In this document: piece by piece, positions 15,297-23,121 of the stretch
Numbering within the stretch: position 1 is the stretch's first letter
Layout of the letters: the number at the start of each line of letters is the position of its first letter
Source of the DNA: Deltaproteobacteria bacterium
Lineage (GTDB): Bacteria; UBA10199; JACPAL01; JAHFST01
DNA: 64,000 nt
Reading direction: 5' to 3'
NCBI GenBank assembly: GCA_023265625.1
Contig: JAHFST010000003.1
Location: 168,482-232,481, forward strand
Notes under the pieces: model-generated
What the model was told of the DNA's origin: nothing
The model's input: the letters and a program-made list of their open reading frames with translations, nothing else
Database searches by the model: none
Translations under genes and position numbers: made by a program

Positions 15297-18278
15297 ATGG
15301 GTGATGGTGACAATTATCTCAATAGCGGTCGAACGACACTTTATCCAAACTTGGATCATCAGGAGTTTGGGCCGAAGACTCCTTTGGATGTGGGGGAATA
15401 CGAACAGTGTCTGGTCAATGATGACGGCAAGGGGCAAACGAAATTTGATTCCGGTTATGAAAAACTCCGTCATGTGGTGATTAATACGGGGGAGCAGGCG
15501 GTGCAATTTTTGGAGCCTGGCAAGGTTTTGGAAGATGGGCAGACTGATCCGACCAAGGGTCAGATGTCCGACCTGCTCTATTCCACTGATGCATTCATAC
15601 TCACTCAGAAATACCCCAACGGTGCCACGGAATCCAAAACCCCATTGGGGACCTGCCATGTGGGGAATCGGTTGTTTGTTTATGAGAAGCATAAAATCTT
15701 TAGCAATGTCATGGGCCCCAATGATTCCATCCCGTTTCAAAAACAAGCAATTAAAGGGCTGACTGCAGAACAGGTGATTAGGATTGTGAAACACCTTAGT
15801 AATCCCTCCCTGTGGAAGTTGGATGGGGGTACTCGGGAAGATAAATTCAAGTACAATCTTTATCTTCGTAATAACGAACTGGATACGGCGTTGGCATTGC
15901 GCTCCTGGATGGAGACAGACGGCAATTTTTCTCCGAAAGGATGTTTCATGATGTCCGATACCACCAAGTGGTTTGGACCGGTTTCATTGGTGATGGGCTT
16001 AGCGGATTATTTTTTTATGGATGAGGACCAAGCGACCTGTCAATCCGTCGAGCAACTTGACGAATACATAAGGCCATTGAGGGATCAACGTTATATGATG
16101 GCGTTGCAAATTGGCGGTATTGCCGTTTCCTCCTTTATTGGGGCCTATACTTTTGTCCCAGGATTTCGTTCTGCGTTCAACCGTCCCTTCAAACTAGCTT
16201 GGCGTGGATTAGTCAAGGGAGTGAAAATGGTTTTCCCATTTTTGCGAGGCGTGGCCAGTACCCCGATGGGCGAGTTTGCGGGGAGGCTTTCTCCCATTAT
16301 GGCCAATCTTTCGGAATTGGCCCGAGAGTATCTCAAAGATCCTGAAGCTTTTCTGAAGAAATACCCCAAAGGGATTCCCACGCTCGATAACCAATGGGCC
16401 AGCGTGGAAGATCTTGTGCCGTCAGGGCATCCCCTGACAGAGGATGTTGATTATGATGACATTATTGCCATCAAAAACACCTTATTGCGCGATAAAAATG
16501 CCAGCCCCTTTGTGACCGGCCCCGCAGGGGATGGAAAGACCTATCTTTGCCTAAAATTCATGTTGTATGCGGCGCGGGGTGATTTAGGTCCGGAATTGCA
16601 GAAGGTGGATTTTTTCAATATCAGCAAAAACATCATCGATGGGCAACCCAAGGAAAGCGATTATTCCAAAGGGATTTACGGAGGTCCTGAAAGATTTGTG
16701 GCCGACCTGAATACGGCGATGGACAAGAGCGCCGCTCAGGGACGGCGGGTGGTGCTTTTTGCGGATGATGGGGCCACCCTGGTGGACGCCGGTGTTCAGG
16801 AAAATCCCGAGCCGGGACAGAGAAAGGCCCCCATTTCTTTCTTAGAATCGGTTTTGAGCAAATCTGCCGGTGGTAATGCCTTCAGCATGCTCCTGACGGC
16901 GACTACCAAAAAGTTCGCGTATGCGGAAGGACGTCAGCCTGACTTTTTCGGACCGACGGGACGTGGGCAGAGAGTTGACAGGCGGCCCAAGACCCAGGAG
17001 CAGGTCATGTCCATTTTGGAAAAGCGGGCGAAGGTTATTGGTCGTAAGTTAAAGATTCAGTTTGGTCCGGGAGCCCTCCAGGAGATTGCCCGGGCCTCCT
17101 ACCAAAAGCTGGGACTCTACAATCCTCGTGCGGCTGAAAATGATCTGGAAAAATTTTCGCGTGAGGCGTTGGAAGAGGGATCGGATCATCTGACTCCTGA
17201 TATGGTTAGACGGTTTGCTACGAAGGATTCCGATAATCGGTTTACCCGCATGATGGCGGATGCATTTTCGGAAGGACTCGATATGGTGCAGGTCCCTGAA
17301 TTTGAGAGGGTGGTGATGGATCGCGTCATTTCTGGGACTGAACCGTCTTTTGAAAAATGGCTCCAAGGTGATCGATCAAAGATTTTGTCGGCCCTCTACA
17401 CCGTTTGGAAGGACAACCCTAATATTCAAGCAACCTTTAAAGATCAGCATGGCCAGAACAACGCCTTTACGGCCTTTGTGGAGAGGGCATTGGGCGATAT
17501 CAATGTAAAACGCGCCATGGATGATGCCTTGTCACGACATGAAGTCATTGCTGGGATGCAGGATAAAGATACGTCCAGAGCCGCCGCCACCGGCCAACCC
17601 GGGAAACCAAATGCTGACCAAGAGAGGGATAGGAGAATGATGAGACAGATTGGTGCTATCTTGCGTACCATCTATCCTGATTTTCAGGATCCCCATTACA
17701 GCGATGTGGTCACCCATTTATCACAAATTCTTCATGAGAACTTGAAAGCGGTCCGAGCTGCTTCAGGGGGAGGTGCCGATGATCCTGTTTCTACGCCTTG
17801 GGTAAGGATGTTGGCCAATCAGGCGATGTCGCAATGGGCGCAAAGCGATCCTAGTTTTGCGGGAATCATGAGCCGATCAACGTCACAGTCCCCTGCACTC
17901 ACTCCTGAGCCCGTTTCACCTCCAGCAGTCTCCGCCGCTCCTGACCTCGCTGCGACCGGAGCCGCTCAACCTGACATGAGCCGTGTAGAGGCCATGACTC
18001 GATTGGCTGTGTATGCTTTTAGTACCCGTGTAGATGGTTGGGGGCAAGTGCCAGGAGAACTTCAGCGGGACATGATTAAGGAGGTTCTGCAGCAAAGAGA
18101 AGTGGGTGGGCTATTTCATGGCGGTCGCGACAGCTTTAGGACTGATTTGACGGAACTTGTTCGATTGACCGATCGGGTGGCTGAGAGTGTGTCACAACAA
18201 GAGAAATCGGTTCGGTTGAGGAAAGAAGAGGAAGTGAAAAAGGCGAGAGAACGTGAGGCTGTGCCGGTTTTCATTTGA
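15297..18278 (+). CDS. Large protein F: conserved novel N-terminal domain (about 145 aa) followed by a ClpA/ClpB-NBD1-like AAA+ module
   Basis: [22 protein letters not shown] aligns with ClpB [39 protein letters not shown] aligns with ClpB ILFIDEIHTLVGAG (Walker B Glu is Asp); N-terminus [25 protein letters not shown] is shared with the 23122 gene. Confidence 0.6.
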   Translation: [993 protein letters not shown]

Positions 18279-18301
18279 TTGCAAAAAATAACAAGTAATG
18301 A

Positions 18302-19354
18302 ATGGGGGGAATTATTATGGGAGAGCCAGGAGATAAATTAGTTGTAGCCACAGATCCTAAATTAGCCCAAGCCCTCTCTGTTTTGGCCGGCCCGCCACCG
18401 GTTCTTCCTTCAGTCGCTCGTGGAGCAAAAGAGAAAACAGATCTTCCTCAAAAGGGACAGGTGCCAGGGGGCGCCGATGAATTTATCTCCGGTCTGGGTC
18501 TAAACGGAAAAACCATTACCACCGGGCCTTTTACCGGATTGTATAAAGATAAATGCAGCGGACGAGGTTCCAACAAGGTTAACGGCTATACCTTTTCTCC
18601 CGACAAACTCCGGGCCATCGGTAACACCTTTTACCCGGCCAACAACGGCGGTTTTGATCACAAAAAAACCTATGTGGTGGATGACGAGACGGGAGACCCG
18701 ACGGGGAATGCCTATATTTGTTTGGATACGGCGGACAAGGCGACGAACGATGCGGCCTTGAAGGCTTTGGATGATAAATGTCCTTTGGGAGATGGGAAAG
18801 AGGAGAAGGCAGAATGTGACGCCATCAAGAAGACTTTTTTAGCGGCGGAACATACGCACGGTTTTTGGGAGGATCATGCGGGCACATTTTATGTCTTTGG
18901 GCTCATGATTCCGGCAGTGGCCTTGGTTGGTGGTGCGCTTTGGAAAGGACCGGCGTTGTTGGCCTCCTGGAGAGGGCGTCCCTCGGTTGTCGCCCGCACA
19001 GAAGGGCAGGCTGCTCGTGTTGTGGCCACCGAAGTGCGCACGGCCGGTGCCGCGGAGCGTCTTGCCGCCGTTGGGGCTCGCGTGGAAGAGACTGCGGCGG
19101 TTGTTGGGGTACGAGAAGTAGCGGCTCTTGAATCTCTAGAAGCTCGTGCTGCAAGTAGATTGCCTAGCGTAGCCAAGGTAGCCGGACTCCTGATCGTGGC
19201 CGGCCTAGCGCTGTTTGGCGGCCCACGGGATGTCTCTGCGGCCGAGTTGCCGAACGAGCCGGGTTATCTAGGCGGTTCCCACCCCGAAGGGGCCAAGGTC
19301 CCAGCGGCCAGCGCTACTAGTCATAATCCCTTTGCTGATGTGTTGGGGGAATAA
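18302..19354 (+). CDS. Protein G: tail-anchored protein with conserved C-terminal module ...VAKVAGLLIVAGLALFGG...HNPFADVLGE
   Basis: The C-terminal 60 aa are about 70% identical to the C-terminus of the 25508 gene product; one C-terminal hydrophobic helix. Confidence 0.5.
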   Translation: MGGIIMGEPGDKLVVATDPKLAQALSVLAGPPPVLPSVARGAKEKTDLPQKGQVPGGADEFISGLGLNGKTITTGPFTGLYKDKCSGRGSNKVNGYTFSPDKLRAIGNTFYPANNGGFDHKKTYVVDDETGDPTGNAYICLDTADKATNDAALKALDDKCPLGDGKEEKAECDAIKKTFLAAEHTHGFWEDHAGTFYVFGLMIPAVALVGGALWKGPALLASWRGRPSVVARTEGQAARVVATEVRTAGAAERLAAVGARVEETAAVVGVREVAALESLEARAASRLPSVAKVAGLLIVAGLALFGGPRDVSAAELPNEPGYLGGSHPEGAKVPAASATSHNPFADVLGE

Positions 19355-19359
19355 GAACA

Positions 19360-19665
19360 CTAAGCCACATGCTTGATCGGGTCCATCTTGATGACGATCT
19401 TGCGCTTCAGGGCGCTGGCGATGCGTTGTAAGATGCTTAAGGAGTGTCCCTCATAGTCGGCATCCTCAAGCCGGGAGATGACCGATTGGGTTGTGCCAAT
19501 TCGTTTGGCCAATTCTCCTTGTGTGAGACCAAGATCTTCACGGACCTTCCGAATCAGCATGGCCACCTGATAATTGACTTTTTCTTCTTCGTAGAGCCTC
19601 TGTAATGCAGGACTTCGCTTGGTTCTTCGTTTTAAAATCTCTAGAGCATTGCTTGTCTTAGACAT
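19360..19665 (-). CDS. XRE-family helix-turn-helix transcriptional regulator
   Basis: ...LGLTQGELAKRIGTTQSVISRLE is a canonical XRE HTH; the start is most likely the internal Met MSKTS (RBS GGAGGG upstream), not the listed 19695. Confidence 0.7.
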   Translation of the reverse strand: MSKTSNALEILKRRTKRSPALQRLYEEEKVNYQVAMLIRKVREDLGLTQGELAKRIGTTQSVISRLEDADYEGHSLSILQRIASALKRKIVIKMDPIKHVA

Positions 19666-19696
19666 GATTAGCCCTCCTTGTCCTTGGTTCCCCATA

Positions 19697-19737
19697 TGTC
19701 TGACAAAAGTAAAATTTAATTTTAAAATTGTCAGACA
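19697..19737. promoter_or_regulatory. 41-bp perfect palindrome TGTCTGACAAAAGTAAAATTTAATTTTAAAATTGTCAGACA (operator) upstream of the XRE gene
   Basis: Perfect inverted 10-mer arms around an AT-rich core; a near copy lies at 27909-27941. Confidence 0.55.
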
Positions 19738-20099
19738 TTAAAAAGTAGCCGTAGCGGCAAACGAACTCTTAGTTTCCCTGGCTGCGCTGTAACGATTGCA
19801 CCCTTCTCAAGCTGTTTTTCGTGGAGTGCGAGGATTTGAAGACACATCGGAGCTTGTTGTTTGGCAGAAATATTTACGAGACGAATAATGCCAGCATGAG
19901 GGCGGCCATAAACCACTGCAAGCTCACCGTAATCTTTGTCAAGTGTGATCAAAATACGCTGCTCTTTTTGAGCGTATGCTAAAATGCTATCATCTCCCGG
20001 ATCTTCGGTCCAATCTCCGGACCAGATAACATCATGACCGGCATCTTGTAAGGTTTTAAGAGCCTTGCCCCAAACACATGTGTCCAGAAGAAGTTTCAC
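19731..20099 (-). CDS. DUF5615-like PIN-fold protein (putative toxin)
   Basis: MKLLLDTCVWGKAL...ILITLDKDYGEL is typical of Mut7-C/DUF5615; overlaps the DUF433 gene by 4 nt. Confidence 0.55.
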   Translation of the reverse strand: MKLLLDTCVWGKALKTLQDAGHDVIWSGDWTEDPGDDSILAYAQKEQRILITLDKDYGELAVVYGRPHAGIIRLVNISAKQQAPMCLQILALHEKQLEKGAIVTAQPGKLRVRLPLRLLFNV

Positions 20100-20350
20100 G
20101 TCTCAGTGTCAACAGGTACAGGTTCAATCCAATCATTTTCGACCAGTTTATGGGCATAAGCCAAACAAGCTTGAATATCCTCGCGTTGTAACCACGGATA
20201 GCCTTCCAAAATAGTTTCCGTGGTGTCCCCTGCAGTGAGCATCCCGAGAATGTGCTCCACCGCAAGACGTCGTCCACGAATAATGGCTTTACCCCCAAAT
20301 ATTTTCGGATTAGCGGTGATTCTTTTTAGTAATTGTTCTTCGTTTAACAT
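20096..20350 (-). CDS. DUF433 protein (putative antitoxin partner of DUF5615)
   Basis: 84 aa, ...AIIRGRRLAVEHILGMLTAGDT... is typical of DUF433. Confidence 0.6.
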   Translation of the reverse strand: MLNEEQLLKRITANPKIFGGKAIIRGRRLAVEHILGMLTAGDTTETILEGYPWLQREDIQACLAYAHKLVENDWIEPVPVDTET

Positions 20351-20606
20351 TTTTAATACCTCCTAACCCAATGCTATAACATATCAAAGTCAGCAGTTTT
20401 TTAAAACACTTGATTTCAAACACTCAACAATACTCACTGTTTGAGGCATAATTAAAAATAGCAAAATTGCTATAATGTGTCAATGAAACATTATTAGAAT
20501 ACTTGTTTTGTGTTGACGAGGTCATGGACGCCTCTTAAGCTATTCGCCCCCTTTCCTTATTGCTAACCTGCTGTTTTTATTTAATAAATAAATAGATTCA
20601 AATTGC

Positions 20607-20637
20607 CGCAACAGGACCCCTCCCTGGAACCGATAAT
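20607..20637 (+). promoter_or_regulatory. Sigma-28-like promoter, site E: CGCAACA-N16-CCGATAAT
   Basis: Motif family; the -10 ends 6 nt before the 20644 ATG, so a leaderless transcript is possible. Confidence 0.5.
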
Positions 20638-20643
20638 AGGTCC

Positions 20644-23079
20644 ATGGGGGATCCTAATCCAACGACGGTTGTATCCAATACACGTACCTGCTCACCGCCT
20701 TACGTGTGTGAGGTCGAGGGCGATTTTGGCTTCACCGGAATTGATTCAGGTCCGGTCCTGACTCAGCCGCTTGATACCGGTGACCAAGTGGTGCCACCGC
20801 CGCCTCGCGTGGCATCAACCCCGCCTGCCGCCGTCAAACTTTGGGGTGAGACCGAGGCCTTAACCGAACCATTTTTGCAGGACATGCGCACGAAGATCGC
20901 CAGGGTCCCGGCGGAACAAGGTCCATTTTTTCCGTGGTTTCGTGCCGATGACCGAAAACTTCAGGTGGGGAAAAGTTACTCATTTGCGTCCTATTTTTCT
21001 TCACTTCCGGAGCATTTCCAACTCCTGTTTGCGAAGGTGAAGGATCTCCCCGGGGTGGTTTTTTCTCCCCAGTATTTGTTGATCGATGGGAAACAGGTCC
21101 CGGTGGTTTATGTCTCGCAGGTTCGGGTGGAGGATAATCCGTTTGGGATTGATCCGTTGTTAAATCAATTGCCGGGCGCGGTAGGGGCGTATCGCAATAC
21201 GCCCGTACAGGATGCCGCGTTGTTGCCGCCGGAGGCGCAGGTTATTCGGAATTTAGGGGGCTATCCTATCGGGGTCGTAATGGCCCCGGAAATTGCGCGG
21301 GTGATGTACACGGCAGATGAATTGGTGGTTGCAAAACATGACTCTGATTTTCCCGTGCCACAAGATTTATTCCCTGTAGGGGCGCCGCTTGCTGCGCCCC
21401 CTTTCTCGGCAACCCTTTCTTTAGGTTCAATACCCAAAGTTCACGCCCCCCGCTTCGAGGCGGCGGCCGATCTGGGAAGCAATTTCACACCGGCTGGTTG
21501 GGGTTACCTGGCCGATGCCAATGATCTTCCTGCCTACTATTCCTTGATGCATGGCGAAGCAGAGGTTTTCTCAGCAGAAGGGTCCGCAAATCTTTCAGTC
21601 AATACGGCATTTGTCGGGGGGATTACGATCGAAGCGCGTGGCATTCGTTCTGCGGGCGCTTTTTTGGCACGATCGAGTCGTGTCCTGGCCCCGTTTCTTA
21701 AGCTGGCGGGCCGCACCCTTGGGATTGCCACCATGGGGGGTGTCCCTGATATCCCCTTCGATGTGGGATTGGCTGTTTATGAACCGGGTGATCCTAACGA
21801 ACGTCTCTGGCTCCTGGTGGAACAAAATCGAGACGCGGCGTTGGGCTTTGGTTCCTTCCTGATCCCGGTCAAATGGTTGGATACGATGAAGCGCAATTCC
21901 GATGAGAGCGATGAACAGAGTCACGTTCGCGTCATCCAATCAACAGCAGATGGGTATGTGATGGATACCGACCAACTCGGTGAGGTCTTGGACGAGTCAT
22001 TGGAAAAGATGTTTATGGCGGAGCTTCTCGCTTCGGGAAAAATTGACTTTCAATTGTTGGAGGATGGCGGGCTGAAAAAAATTGTCCCGAATGAAGGAAA
22101 ATTTAGGCTGGACATGATGGATGTCCGGCGTGGAACTTGGAATCTATTTTCTTCGGATAAAAGGATCCATCAAAGTGTTGCCGCACTTTACGAACTTCTT
22201 GAGTTTACCGGGTTTAGGGCAAAGCGCGGGGAGGCGGTCAAGGAGTTGCTCAATTCCAATGGAGAACCTTATCACCCGACCCACTTTCGAGCCTATTGCC
22301 TGGCCAAGATCAGCGAATGGAAGCGGCAGGCCCAGGAATCACTCAAGAGGGAATTAGTGAGCGTTGGTTTGGGGGGATACGATGTGACTGGAAAGTTTGT
22401 TAATTATTACGGCACACTCAATCATTACACGCCCGCGCAACAGTCCCTGATCGACAAAGAGGAACAGGTCAAGCCAGCCTATCAGTCTGGGGTGAAAATT
22501 GCCTCAGCGTCAAACCCACAGGGCTCTTGGACCCTTCGCATCCGCATGCTTGATATCATGCAGCGTACCCTCATTTTTGCAGAACAGCATTCGGAAACAG
22601 CGGATGCTCAATTGGAGGCCCTGGCACCCGCGGATCGTCACGCGGTTGATCAGGCCCTCGGACAATTGCGGAGGGATCCATTAAAAGGGGATAGTCGATT
22701 GTATACCCCTTGGAGCCCTGAAGATCAGGCGGAGAAAACAACGTTGATTCGTGACATCGCTCGGGGACTGACTCAGAATGAGCTGGATCTCCCTCTCCCC
22801 TTTGATTGGCAGCGCCAATACAAAATGGCGAGAACCACCAGCGCGTCTTTTGGCGACATCTCCGCAGCCTATATGTCTCAAGGAGGCTCCAACCCCCTGC
22901 AAGCCGAGAAAAAAGCCCGGGCCCACGAAGCATTGGACTCGGCCCAACGCTACGTCTGGAAGGATCGCAGCCTGACTGTGGACAATAAATTTCGCATTGA
23001 TTATTCCCTCGATGGAGACGCCTCGCCGCAGGGTGGTGGGGAAGGTAGCATCGTTATTCGACAGATTGTGAAATTGTAA
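20644..23079 (+). CDS. Large hypothetical protein I (811 aa)
   Basis: Long ORF starting MGDPNPTT...; contains an in-frame REP (21181-21208, encoding VGAYRNTPVQ). Confidence 0.5.
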   Translation: MGDPNPTTVVSNTRTCSPPYVCEVEGDFGFTGIDSGPVLTQPLDTGDQVVPPPPRVASTPPAAVKLWGETEALTEPFLQDMRTKIARVPAEQGPFFPWFRADDRKLQVGKSYSFASYFSSLPEHFQLLFAKVKDLPGVVFSPQYLLIDGKQVPVVYVSQVRVEDNPFGIDPLLNQLPGAVGAYRNTPVQDAALLPPEAQVIRNLGGYPIGVVMAPEIARVMYTADELVVAKHDSDFPVPQDLFPVGAPLAAPPFSATLSLGSIPKVHAPRFEAAADLGSNFTPAGWGYLADANDLPAYYSLMHGEAEVFSAEGSANLSVNTAFVGGITIEARGIRSAGAFLARSSRVLAPFLKLAGRTLGIATMGGVPDIPFDVGLAVYEPGDPNERLWLLVEQNRDAALGFGSFLIPVKWLDTMKRNSDESDEQSHVRVIQSTADGYVMDTDQLGEVLDESLEKMFMAELLASGKIDFQLLEDGGLKKIVPNEGKFRLDMMDVRRGTWNLFSSDKRIHQSVAALYELLEFTGFRAKRGEAVKELLNSNGEPYHPTHFRAYCLAKISEWKRQAQESLKRELVSVGLGGYDVTGKFVNYYGTLNHYTPAQQSLIDKEEQVKPAYQSGVKIASASNPQGSWTLRIRMLDIMQRTLIFAEQHSETADAQLEALAPADRHAVDQALGQLRRDPLKGDSRLYTPWSPEDQAEKTTLIRDIARGLTQNELDLPLPFDWQRQYKMARTTSASFGDISAAYMSQGGSNPLQAEKKARAHEALDSAQRYVWKDRSLTVDNKFRIDYSLDGDASPQGGGEGSIVIRQIVKL
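21181..21208. repeat. REP family 1 palindrome GTAGGGGCGTATCGCAATACGCCCGTAC inside the coding sequence of protein I
   Basis: Same unit as 2356 and 3494 with two substitutions; in frame. Confidence 0.7.
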
Positions 23080-23084
23080 ATCCT

Positions 23085-23115
23085 CGCAACATTGACCTGC
23101 TCATCGCCCGATAAT
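23085..23115 (+). promoter_or_regulatory. Sigma-28-like promoter, site F: CGCAACA-N16-CCGATAAT
   Basis: Motif family; lies in the 42-nt I-J intergenic gap; the -10 ends 6 nt before the 23122 ATG. Confidence 0.5.
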
Positions 23116-23121
23116 GTGAAT

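Noticed and set aside
15270-15794. 174-aa minus-strand ORF antisense to the 5' end of gene F (a similar ORF, 23176..23490, lies antisense to J)
   Set aside because: It lies entirely within the conserved N-terminal domain region of F/J. Its conservation is explained by the sense-strand gene, and it has no RBS or independent support.
20400-20640. Possible sigma-54 or sigma-70 promoters (TATAAT at about 20480; TGGAAC near 20622)
   Set aside because: No proper TGGCAC-N5-TTGC spacing was found. The TATAAT lacks a convincing -35, and the sigma-28-like motif explains the region better.
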